A stretch of 42,470 bases of DNA from a virus (lineage: Duplodnaviria; Caudoviricetes), in IMG/VR virus record IMGVR_UViG_3300025600_000032, positions 1 through 42,470 of that record; one strand, 5' to 3'. Position numbers and translations under genes: made by a program. Every line of letters begins with the position of its first letter. The first letter of the stretch is position 1. Below the pieces are notes generated by a model that had not been told where the DNA came from, ran no database searches, and worked only from the letters and a program-made list of their open reading frames with translations. Positions 16,272 through 24,482 of the stretch are shown piece by piece.

Positions 16272-16847
16272 ATGGGAAAGAGAGCAAAAGTTAGAGTTTA
16301 CGTTGATTCAGAAAAGAAAGAGAACCGCAAACCATCAGTAGTCGGGCCAGATGCATGTTTGGAATTGAGTGTTAATGGAGTTAGGGGATTACTCAATATG
16401 GGATTGAGTCGTGAGGCTTATGATTTCGTATTGGCGAATATAGTAAGTAAGCCATATGACGAGTTAGCTAGATTTAGAGTTAACGCTCAGAGACTACATG
16501 AGAATGCAGAAAATAATAAACATACTCTCACAATTAACGCAACTCCTACTGAGTTAAAGATGAAATTACTACTTCGCGAATTGGGAGTTGACTATGAGTT
16601 TCAAAAGATATATTACGTTGGATATAGTTTTTATATAGTTGATTTTTATTTGCCAGAATATAATTTAGTTGTAGAGATTGATGGACAGCAACACTATAAC
16701 TGGAATGATAAGATCTATGATAGATTGAGAACCGACAATCTAGTTAATTTACATGGGGTAAAACGAGTTGTAAGATTTGATAATAGGGATTTAACTGTTG
16801 ATACTTACGTAAAGGAAAGATTATTAAAAGAATTTGATATTAAATAA
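16272..16847 (+). CDS. DUF559/Vsr-like PD-(D/E)XK endonuclease
   Basis: TPTE...FQK...YIVDFY...LVVEIDGQQH...DRLRT...VVRFDN. ATG at 16272. Confidence 0.85.
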   Translation: MGKRAKVRVYVDSEKKENRKPSVVGPDACLELSVNGVRGLLNMGLSREAYDFVLANIVSKPYDELARFRVNAQRLHENAENNKHTLTINATPTELKMKLLLRELGVDYEFQKIYYVGYSFYIVDFYLPEYNLVVEIDGQQHYNWNDKIYDRLRTDNLVNLHGVKRVVRFDNRDLTVDTYVKERLLKEFDIK

Positions 16848-16863
16848 AATAAACCATAATTTA

Positions 16864-16895
16864 CTTGGTATACCAAGATTATAGTTGTATCTTTG
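16864..16895 (+). promoter_or_regulatory. -33/-7 promoter overlapped by the palindrome TTGGTATACCAA
   Basis: CTTG, a 20 nt spacer, then TATCTTTG (16888-16895). Confidence 0.7.
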
Positions 16896-16921
16896 CAGTA
16901 CGAAATTTAAAACTATATTAT

Positions 16922-17104
16922 ATGGAAACTAGTGCTAAGATTAAATTTGAGAATGACAAGGACTTTGTTAATGGGGTTATATCGATGGGTGAGATGCTAG
17001 AGACATGGCAATCTACCGCAGATAATGGTACGGTTCGTACTTTTAAACTCGATCCAAACAGCGCAGAGTTATCGCTAGGTATTTTATTAAAGGTTACAAA
17101 ATAG
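16922..17104 (+). CDS. Hypothetical protein (monocistronic)
   Basis: ATG at 16922 (METSAKIKF), between a promoter and a terminator. Confidence 0.6.
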   Translation: METSAKIKFENDKDFVNGVISMGEMLETWQSTADNGTVRTFKLDPNSAELSLGILLKVTK

Positions 17105-17130
17105 ACTCATAGTGTTTAATTTGATTATAT

Positions 17131-17167
17131 ATTCCAGGTAGATTAAGTTCTATCTGGAATTATTTTT
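17131..17167 (+). terminator. Intrinsic terminator
   Basis: ATTCCAGGTAGA-TTAAGT-TCTATCTGGAAT followed by TATTTTT. Confidence 0.7.
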
Positions 17168-17187
17168 AAAAATAAATGCGATTTTTC

Positions 17188-17218
17188 TTTGATATTAATA
17201 ATTAGATGTTTACCTTTG
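17188..17218 (+). promoter_or_regulatory. Full Bacteroidota -33/-7 promoter
   Basis: TTTG, a 19 nt spacer, then TACCTTTG (17211-17218). Confidence 0.78.
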
Positions 17219-17241
17219 TATCGTAATTAAAACAATAAAAT

Positions 17242-17646
17242 ATGGAAGTTAAAACTAAATTTGTTGAATTAAACAAAGGAGAGTTACCTCATAAAGATTA
17301 TGCGGTGTATCCTAACGTAAGTATTAGATGTTTAAAAGTACTTAATAATAATTTAAGTGTAAATGTTGCAAGGACAAATGTTTTAGATGAGGGAAATGCG
17401 TATCGTTATATAATGGATGCATGTTTTGGAATTAGTGTAACTAGAGATGGTGTTGACTATATCATACCATGTAGATTTCAAGATGAACACAATACTGAAG
17501 AAAAATTCATGGGTTCTATTAATGGGTTTATAAATCATATTTTATATGAGGTGGATCAAATAAAAGATAAATATATTATTTCGGAAGATATTGAGATTGG
17601 TGATGAAAGTCCATTTTGTGCTAGAATTTATAAATATAAAAACTAA
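17242..17646 (+). CDS. Hypothetical protein
   Basis: 134 aa ORF with an A-rich leader. Confidence 0.6.
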   Translation: MEVKTKFVELNKGELPHKDYAVYPNVSIRCLKVLNNNLSVNVARTNVLDEGNAYRYIMDACFGISVTRDGVDYIIPCRFQDEHNTEEKFMGSINGFINHILYEVDQIKDKYIISEDIEIGDESPFCARIYKYKN

Positions 17647-17649
17647 AAT

Positions 17650-17865
17650 ATGCCGAAGTATAAATGTACAAACGAAGAGTGTGATTATTACGGAGAGGTT
17701 ATGAGTGTTTCTGGGACTAGTATTAGAGTAGTTGATGGTAAGGTTGTAGACCTATCGAGAGCTTGTTTTAATTGCGGTAATGATAGGGAGGTAGTTAGAG
17801 AGTCTGGTATGACTACTATGATTGCTGGAACTAACGATCAGAGATTAAGAATGGCAAGACAATAA
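17650..17865 (+). CDS. Zinc-ribbon protein
   Basis: MPKYKCTNEEC...CFNCG. Confidence 0.7.
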   Translation: MPKYKCTNEECDYYGEVMSVSGTSIRVVDGKVVDLSRACFNCGNDREVVRESGMTTMIAGTNDQRLRMARQ

Positions 17866-17891
17866 TTTAAACCTATACAAAGATTATAATT

Positions 17892-18110
17892 ATGACGAAA
17901 GAAGAATATAACGATATCCCAGTAGAGTTTTGCAGTAAGGCAACATGTTGCTCTCTCAATATTAAAGAAGATGATGAAGGTGGAGTTTACTGTAATGATT
18001 GTGGAGGATTAAAGATCAGTAAAGATAGTATAGCTGTTTGGGAAGAATATTGGATTATGGCTCATGGAGATAAGTTACTTAATCAAAAACGACCAGATGG
18101 AGAACTATAA
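17892..18110 (+). CDS. Small zinc-binding protein of a type seen in crAss-like genomes
   Basis: EEYNDIPVEFC..C.SLNI...YCNDCG. Confidence 0.65.
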   Translation: MTKEEYNDIPVEFCSKATCCSLNIKEDDEGGVYCNDCGGLKISKDSIAVWEEYWIMAHGDKLLNQKRPDGEL

Positions 18111-18333
18111 GTTAACAACACTTACTCCAGAATTAATAAAAGATATATTTAGATATACAAAGGAAACTACTACTCATGGAGTTACTGAAATTCATGGGTT
18201 TCAACGTGGATTATATAGAACTATGTATAATGGAGAATATATATATTACGATTTAGATTCAGTTAATGTTTTGAGATCGGTTAGTAATGAAATTAAACTA
18301 GAACGTAAAGATGCAACAACCAAAACAGACTAA
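18097..18333 (+). CDS. Hypothetical protein
   Basis: Likely start at ATG 18097 (MENYKL). Confidence 0.5.
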   Translation: MENYKLTTLTPELIKDIFRYTKETTTHGVTEIHGFQRGLYRTMYNGEYIYYDLDSVNVLRSVSNEIKLERKDATTKTD

Positions 18334-18712
18334 TACAAATAGAGCAATAATACCATGTACTAGAGATAATCTCTGTGAGCAATGGTTGAAGTTAACCAAA
18401 GAATTACATGGATTATCTGAAGGAGAAATGGTACTGGCTGGTAAATTCTTAGATAAGCGTATTGAACTGAAAGAGAAGATTACAAACGATGAATTACTTG
18501 ATGAATACTTACAGTCTACTAAGGTTAGACAGTCTATTAAAGAGTCTGCAAACGTTAAGAATACGGCTGTATTTCAGAACATGTTAAGTAATCTTAGAAA
18601 GAAAGGATTCTTGATTGATGGAGATAGGATTAATAAAGTATTCATTCCCAATATTAATAATGATAGTAAGTTTTTGAGAGTTGAATTTATATTAAAATTA
18701 ACAGATGGATAA
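18311..18712 (+). CDS. Putative winged-helix DNA-binding protein
   Basis: LSEGEM...FQNMLSNLRKKGFL...INKVFIP. Confidence 0.55.
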   Translation: MQQPKQTNTNRAIIPCTRDNLCEQWLKLTKELHGLSEGEMVLAGKFLDKRIELKEKITNDELLDEYLQSTKVRQSIKESANVKNTAVFQNMLSNLRKKGFLIDGDRINKVFIPNINNDSKFLRVEFILKLTDG

Positions 18713-18932
18713 AAATGATATTATATCATGTGGGTTTACGGAATATTCAGAAAATAATTTTATTGGATATAATATGCTGATTAGGTTTTATCAAGAAACC
18801 AACTTTGCTAGTATTATAATACAAGATCCATCTAAATCAAAAATATACGAAAAATATTCTGAGGATAGGTTATTCAATGGAACCATTACTGATGTAGATT
18901 GGTTTAAATCATTAATATTACACCTATTATAG
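18705..18932 (+). CDS. Hypothetical protein
   Basis: 75 aa. Shares the I..lGF...(F/Y)NG.(I/V)T pattern with ORF 19871-20164. Confidence 0.55.
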   Translation: MDKNDIISCGFTEYSENNFIGYNMLIRFYQETNFASIIIQDPSKSKIYEKYSEDRLFNGTITDVDWFKSLILHLL

Positions 18933-19205
18933 ATGGATAAAATACTTACTGGAATTGTTTCAGATATAGCTAAACAATATAATGTAGATAATAAAGAGAT
19001 AGAAAAGATTCTTGTCATGCCATATAAGATGATGAGAGAGAAAATTCAGGCGTTAGAATTACAAGGGCATTTATATGATGAAGTTAAAGATCAGAAACTT
19101 AACTTTAATATGCCAGTATTATTTAAGATGTTTATGAATCAGTACAAATTAAATCAATTAAATACACCAAAAGAAGATGAAGAAATTACAGAAGATCGAA
19201 GCTGA
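18933..19205 (+). CDS. HU/IHF-like DNA-binding protein
   Basis: IVSDIAKQYNVDNKEIEKIL...NFNMPVLFKMF resembles the HU/IHF fold. Typical position in the crAss-like packaging module. Confidence 0.6.
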   Translation: MDKILTGIVSDIAKQYNVDNKEIEKILVMPYKMMREKIQALELQGHLYDEVKDQKLNFNMPVLFKMFMNQYKLNQLNTPKEDEEITEDRS

Positions 19206-19542
19206 ACCCATGTTTAATTATTGCTTTTTAACATGTAACAAACAATCAAGTATTAGTGCTACTGGAATCATTACAGCAGCAAAGCCAGTAATTGATATGA
19301 AACAGGATATTATTAAGAAGGGAGAATCGGTACGAACCTTAAAACCTGGATATACAGTAGAAATAGATCCAAGACCGTATTTTGTGAAAGACTGGGTTGA
19401 TCAAGGTAAGCCTACATTAAATGAGGAGCTTCATAAAAAAACAGTTAGTATTGCGTGGCCCATCGAAACCATTGATGGAATAGAAATTATGGTAGTTCCA
19501 GATAGTCATATTAGGATGTTCTGGCGTAATGGATTAGAATAA
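19177..19542 (+). CDS. GroES-like co-chaperonin homologue
   Basis: PMFN...SATGII...GESV..LKPG.TV...IDGIEIMVVPDSHI. Confidence 0.6.
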   Translation: MKKLQKIEAEPMFNYCFLTCNKQSSISATGIITAAKPVIDMKQDIIKKGESVRTLKPGYTVEIDPRPYFVKDWVDQGKPTLNEELHKKTVSIAWPIETIDGIEIMVVPDSHIRMFWRNGLE

Positions 19543-19706
19543 TGGATACAAACTTATATGAATTGTTAGAAGATGTTCGCGAATGGAATAGAGAGTGGGT
19601 TAGATATGACAAATTAAAATCTGATCATAAACATCCAAAGATGCCAAGAGTATATGATCAATTAATGGATGATTTAAATTTAAAATATTGTGTTAGCAAA
19701 CTTTAG
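19542..19706 (+). CDS. Small hypothetical protein (54 aa, not in the ORF track)
   Basis: TAATG overlap with the upstream stop. MDTNLYELLEDVREWNREW... Confidence 0.5.
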   Translation: MDTNLYELLEDVREWNREWVRYDKLKSDHKHPKMPRVYDQLMDDLNLKYCVSKL

Positions 19707-19795
19707 CCACTCTGCTTGGAAAGTATCAGCAGATCGACGTTTCGGCGTTTAATTGCGACAATCTCATTAAGATAACAATCCTTGAGATTTCGGTT

Positions 19796-19821
19796 GGGAG
19801 AGTCTTCGGGCTCTCCTTTTT
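19796..19821 (+). terminator. Intrinsic terminator
   Basis: GGGAGAGTC-TTCG-GGCTCTCCT followed by TTTT. Confidence 0.85.
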
Positions 19822-19839
19822 ATATCAATTAATTATCAC

Positions 19840-19847
19840 TATCTTTG
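19840..19847 (+). promoter_or_regulatory. Bacteroidota -7 promoter element
   Basis: TATCTTTG just after the terminator and upstream of ORF 19871. Confidence 0.65.
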
Positions 19848-19870
19848 TAGCACAATTTAATAAACATGAA

Positions 19871-20164
19871 ATGATAAGTCGAGATGAGATAGAATGGTTA
19901 GGATTTACAAGAGTAGACAACTGGTCTTCCGATATAATAGATTCATATAAATATATAGTTAATAGGTATGATAAACCTAGAAACACTATTAACCTTTATA
20001 GATTAGATAAATTAATTGGGACTGACTATATAGAGTTAAAATCCACATTACAGAGAGAGACAGATTTTTGTATGAACACATATAGTTATAATGGTGAGGT
20101 TACTTCTATAGAAGATTTGTTTGATCTTGTGGAGCTAATCAGAGATCATAATAGAATTAATTGA
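19871..20164 (+). CDS. Hypothetical protein
   Basis: 97 aa. Confidence 0.55.
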   Translation: MISRDEIEWLGFTRVDNWSSDIIDSYKYIVNRYDKPRNTINLYRLDKLIGTDYIELKSTLQRETDFCMNTYSYNGEVTSIEDLFDLVELIRDHNRIN

Positions 20165-20212
20165 TATACCAAGATTATAGTTTGTGAGAGTTAGAACACG
20201 TAAAACAATTGA

Positions 20213-20770
20213 ATGAATCTTTTTAGTTTTGATAAATCATCGTATAATGTACACATAGTGGAAGAGGTTTTATTGTTAAAACCATTCATTAATGTATATA
20301 AGAGAAATAAAGATAAAGACTTTGCATTAAAAGAATTTGCATTTATTTTCTTTTATGCTGATATTACGAGTCCATATAATAGTATACTGGATGATGACGG
20401 TAGATGTTCTGAGATAAAAAAAGATATAGAACTTCCTATTAAATGGAAAATAGATCCAATTATGACTGAGGCTATTAGATTCTATAAAGAGAAATCTAAA
20501 ACCGCAGTTCATTATATGTATGAAGCTTCCATGAGAGCTGCCGCTGCTGTTAATGAGATTTTAAGCGATTCTAAGGCATTAATAGATGCAAGTGATGATA
20601 AGATCTCTGCAGTACAAAAAGTTATTGGAGCACTCGAAAAGGTGCCAAAAGTAATGGCCTCTATGAGAGAGGTAGAGAAGGAATTGATTAGACAGATAGA
20701 GGATAAGGAAGGTAAGAAGATTGGTAGTAAATCATTCTCTATGTATGAAGAGGGACTTAATATAGATTAA
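20213..20770 (+). CDS. Conserved crAss-like protein upstream of TerL (putative terminase small subunit)
   Basis: KEFAFIFFYADITSPY...LPIKWKID followed by a helical C-terminus. Function inferred from position. Confidence 0.5.
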   Translation: MNLFSFDKSSYNVHIVEEVLLLKPFINVYKRNKDKDFALKEFAFIFFYADITSPYNSILDDDGRCSEIKKDIELPIKWKIDPIMTEAIRFYKEKSKTAVHYMYEASMRAAAAVNEILSDSKALIDASDDKISAVQKVIGALEKVPKVMASMREVEKELIRQIEDKEGKKIGSKSFSMYEEGLNID

Positions 20771-20796
20771 TTAAATAAAATTAAAAAAATAAAATT

Positions 20797-21210
20797 ATGA
20801 CAACACGTTCAGATTACGCAATTCAGAAATCACTAGATCATTTGTACCTTAACGCAGCTTGGTCTAATATTGGCAATGCAACCGGTTTACCGGCAGCTGC
20901 AACAGCAGGTAATTTATACGCCGCTTTGTTTGTAGGTGCATCAGAAGCCGCTTATGGTGGTTATGTCCGCATTCCAATTCCTCGCACAGGTTCAGGATTC
21001 AGTCGCACAGGTAACGTTATTACCAACGTGGCACAGATCAACTTTGTAAAGTCAACCGCTGACGGTGGAACGGCAACGAAAGTGGCAATCTACGATCAGG
21101 TATCAGGAGGTAACCAGTTGCATTTGCAGACATTAGCAAGTGGAATTCCGACTTCTACCAATGTACAACCCATCATTGAGGCAGGAGCATTAACGGTAAC
21201 AGGAAGCTAA
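20797..21210 (+). CDS. Virion structural protein (fibre-base type)
   Basis: LYAALF...YGGYVRIPI...ITN..QINF...AIYD..SGGN.L motif of minor phage structural proteins. Confidence 0.65.
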   Translation: MTTRSDYAIQKSLDHLYLNAAWSNIGNATGLPAAATAGNLYAALFVGASEAAYGGYVRIPIPRTGSGFSRTGNVITNVAQINFVKSTADGGTATKVAIYDQVSGGNQLHLQTLASGIPTSTNVQPIIEAGALTVTGS

Positions 21211-21211
21211 G

Positions 21212-21586
21212 ATGAGTACGGTCGTTTACTCTCAATATTATCAGTCATATGACAGCAAGGAAATGGACATTAACGATGTTTCATTCCTTGCCCTGTTATG
21301 TGATGAAACATATGTTCCTACTATTACAGATGGACTTGACGAAGTTATCGGGGTGATCATATCAGTTCCTTACGTGATTAATGCAGATGACCTTACAAAG
21401 TTATCAATGAGTGAACTGATTGATAACTGTATGGATACGATTAAGTTCTACATTGAGAATCATCCTGAATTTATTTCTCAGGCATATAAGGGAGAAATGG
21501 AAGTGATTAAGAAAGGGAAGATGTTGGTAGTGTATAACCCAGACTTGGATGTGCTTTGTTTTTCTGAACTCTTAGATAACTTATAA
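21212..21586 (+). CDS. Hypothetical protein (fibre cassette)
   Basis: 124 aa acidic protein coupled to both neighbours. Confidence 0.55.
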   Translation: MSTVVYSQYYQSYDSKEMDINDVSFLALLCDETYVPTITDGLDEVIGVIISVPYVINADDLTKLSMSELIDNCMDTIKFYIENHPEFISQAYKGEMEVIKKGKMLVVYNPDLDVLCFSELLDNL

Positions 21587-24018
21587 TGAGCAGTAGATTT
21601 TTAATCGGCACAGGCGCACGTAATTGGAGTAACACTACTATTTGGAGTGACACTTCAAATGGTACAGGGGGTTTTTCTGTTCCTACCTCTGCTGATGATG
21701 TAATCTTTGATCAGTATTCAGGTGCAGGAGTACTTACTCTTGATGTTGCTGCCTCTGTTGGTAGTTTAGACAGTTCTGCCTTAACATCACCTATTACAAT
21801 TACAAGTGCAGTCTATGTGTTGTCACTATATGGTAATCTAACTGAACATGTAGATAACAGTCTTTACAACTTCACAGGAACCTCATATTTATATATATTA
21901 GGAGACTGTACCGTTACAACAAATGGAAGGGCGACGCATGCGTGGAATAGATTGTATATTGATGCGGTAGGGTGTACGGTGATAAATGGGGATGATATGA
22001 ATATTGGGGGGACTTATATTTATCACGTAAATGGTACTTGGAATCAAGCAGGTAAAAATACAACCACAACAGGACAATATTTAACAGTTGTAGGGACAAA
22101 AACACTAACATTAGGAGCATCTACTTTTAAAATAGGATATTGGAATAATTCAGCACCTACGGGATTTACGTTTAATTACGATACGTCAACAGTCAATATC
22201 ACTGCTGCCTCTACGATAACTGTGGGAGGAGCTATCACTTATTATAATCTTACATTATCAGGAATATATGCAACTAACTCAGGCGTGACGATAACAGGAA
22301 ATATTACAGTTAATAATAATCTTTTAATTACTGGAATAAATGCAACTAGCTACCGGGCTTTAGTAGTATCCAGCACAATCGGCACACCCCGAACCATCAC
22401 CTGCAACGGCACTACCAACATTACCAACTGTGATTTCAGGGATATTACTTTAGCAGGAACGGCAAATAGGAACTTTTCAACCCAAACAGATATTGGCGAT
22501 TGCGGTGGAAACTCAGGTATAACCTTTCCCGCAGCAGTACCTCAGTACTTTAAAAAACTGGCAGCAACGGCAAACTATGGTGATGTGGCAAACTGGTTTA
22601 GCGATGTGGCATTAACCACAGCGGGACGTGTTCCATTGCCGCAGGATGATGCCACATTTTTAGCAGGATCATTCAATCAGGTTTGCAATTTATCGGTTAA
22701 TGTACCGAGGATTTGCAGGAGCCTGGATATGAGTGCGGTTAATCAAGCTGTTACTTGGACTTTGGCTAATGCTATTGAGGTTTATGGAAGCTATGTGTTG
22801 GGGAATAATATAACACCAATAGGAGGCTATAATATAAATTTATATGGTAGAGGAAACTATAATTTAAATACCTATAGCAAAGTAGGATTATCAGGTATTA
22901 GTCAGTATGCTCCAAATGGAGTTTATATGAATTTATCAAATTTGATTTTGGGTACACATCTAAGAATTTATAATGGAACTTTTGATTTAAATGATTTTAA
23001 TCTTACTGGATTAAGTTTAAGTAATAGTGTCGGTGCAATATTATATCTTGGGAATGGTACTCATACTCTTAGTTGGACAAATGTTATAACTGACCTTGCT
23101 GGAACTTTTTATAGTGAAGGTTCTACAATAAAAACAAATGTTGGGACAGGAACAAATGATGTTAGGTTAGGGATAGGAGGTAAAACGTACAACAAAATAT
23201 GGATTTCTGGAACAAATCTTGGTAATATTGACTTCTTAGGTTCAAACACAATAGCCGAGTTAATCATTGATGCAGGAAGAAAAGTAAGGTTCACAGCAGG
23301 TACTACTCAGCAGATAGGTAAAGCAACAATAGGAGCAGGAGCAACGATAGGAAGTATTACAAATGCCTTTCATACGCTGAATTTGACAGGTGCGAGTATT
23401 GTAAATGCAGACGGTACGGAAGCAATCAGTTATTCACATGTTACTCCTGCTAATAAATGGTTCTCAGGACTTGAATCAACTGACGGAGGAAATAATACAG
23501 GTTGGATATTTGGACAGGCTCAAAGTATTCCTGCACAATTTACCGAGGCGGAAACACTGTTTACTGATATTAATGCAAGGACACCTTTCACAGTTGACTT
23601 TACTGAATCCGAAGTAATTTCAAGTACATTACTTGGACAGGCTTCTATTCCTTTAGCGCTTACCGAGTGTGAAAGTTTAAGTTCTGTATTGTCTGCTATA
23701 ACTTCAATTTTGGTACAGTTTACTGAAAGTGAAACTACAGAATCAATACTTTCTGCAATAGTCAATTTTGAAGCAATATTAACAGATATAGAAATTCAAG
23801 ATTCAATACTTTCAGTACTTATTTGCATTAACGTTGATTTTACAGAGTTAGAATTATCGGATATAACATTTATACCAATTGATCTAATTGAACTTGATAG
23901 AATAAAAAAACTTATAGAAAGAAAAGTATATATGTTAAACTTTAAGGATAATTTAAAATTTTATCCAAATGGACATGGATATTTTAAACCTAAAAAATGG
24001 ATACAACCTTTCTATTAG
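21586..24018 (+). CDS. Large beta-helix adhesin/fibre-like protein
   Basis: 810 aa, rich in T/G/N. Two tandem units each start NW..W..(S/R)VP...DD..F, followed by 20-aa C-terminal repeats. Confidence 0.7.
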   Translation: MSSRFLIGTGARNWSNTTIWSDTSNGTGGFSVPTSADDVIFDQYSGAGVLTLDVAASVGSLDSSALTSPITITSAVYVLSLYGNLTEHVDNSLYNFTGTSYLYILGDCTVTTNGRATHAWNRLYIDAVGCTVINGDDMNIGGTYIYHVNGTWNQAGKNTTTTGQYLTVVGTKTLTLGASTFKIGYWNNSAPTGFTFNYDTSTVNITAASTITVGGAITYYNLTLSGIYATNSGVTITGNITVNNNLLITGINATSYRALVVSSTIGTPRTITCNGTTNITNCDFRDITLAGTANRNFSTQTDIGDCGGNSGITFPAAVPQYFKKLAATANYGDVANWFSDVALTTAGRVPLPQDDATFLAGSFNQVCNLSVNVPRICRSLDMSAVNQAVTWTLANAIEVYGSYVLGNNITPIGGYNINLYGRGNYNLNTYSKVGLSGISQYAPNGVYMNLSNLILGTHLRIYNGTFDLNDFNLTGLSLSNSVGAILYLGNGTHTLSWTNVITDLAGTFYSEGSTIKTNVGTGTNDVRLGIGGKTYNKIWISGTNLGNIDFLGSNTIAELIIDAGRKVRFTAGTTQQIGKATIGAGATIGSITNAFHTLNLTGASIVNADGTEAISYSHVTPANKWFSGLESTDGGNNTGWIFGQAQSIPAQFTEAETLFTDINARTPFTVDFTESEVISSTLLGQASIPLALTECESLSSVLSAITSILVQFTESETTESILSAIVNFEAILTDIEIQDSILSVLICINVDFTELELSDITFIPIDLIELDRIKKLIERKVYMLNFKDNLKFYPNGHGYFKPKKWIQPFY

Positions 24019-24050
24019 TATTAAATATAATAATTAAAATTTAGATTAAC

Positions 24051-24482
24051 ATGAAGGAAGAGAAAGAAAAGATTAATCTTAGACATAAAAGTATAAAAAT
24101 CCCAATCTATGATGATAATTTAGAATTATATTATGGAAGTGGATCTGACTTTAAGACGGTTATAGAAAAGAAATATAATGAAACATTTTATAATCTAGAT
24201 GCATATTGTAATGGATATTCTTCTATGTTAGAGAAGATTTCTGGGGAATTTGTAAATATTCATATGATTTTATTTATAAATGACAATTCTAATATATTAG
24301 GATATTCAGAAATAAATACGATCCATCATGAGTCAATTCACATTGCTTGGTATATTCTAGATAGAGTAGGAGTTAAAGTAGATGGGACTAATCACGAATC
24401 ATTAACGTATCTGGAAGGGTATTTAGCCAAGATTGTTTGTGATAAAATTAACAAATGGAAGAAACTAAAACTGAGTATATAA
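24051..24482 (+). CDS. Zincin-like HExxH protein
   Basis: TIHHESIHIAW...NHESLTYL. Confidence 0.65.
   Translation: MKEEKEKINLRHKSIKIPIYDDNLELYYGSGSDFKTVIEKKYNETFYNLDAYCNGYSSMLEKISGEFVNIHMILFINDNSNILGYSEINTIHHESIHIAWYILDRVGVKVDGTNHESLTYLEGYLAKIVCDKINKWKKLKLSI

Noticed and set aside
16484-16632. GCTCAGAGACTACA and GGATATAGTT resemble group I intron R and S elements
   Set aside because: Both lie inside the uninterrupted DUF559 reading frame, the S-like match falls next to the conserved YIVDFY motif, and no P/Q elements or split host gene are evident.
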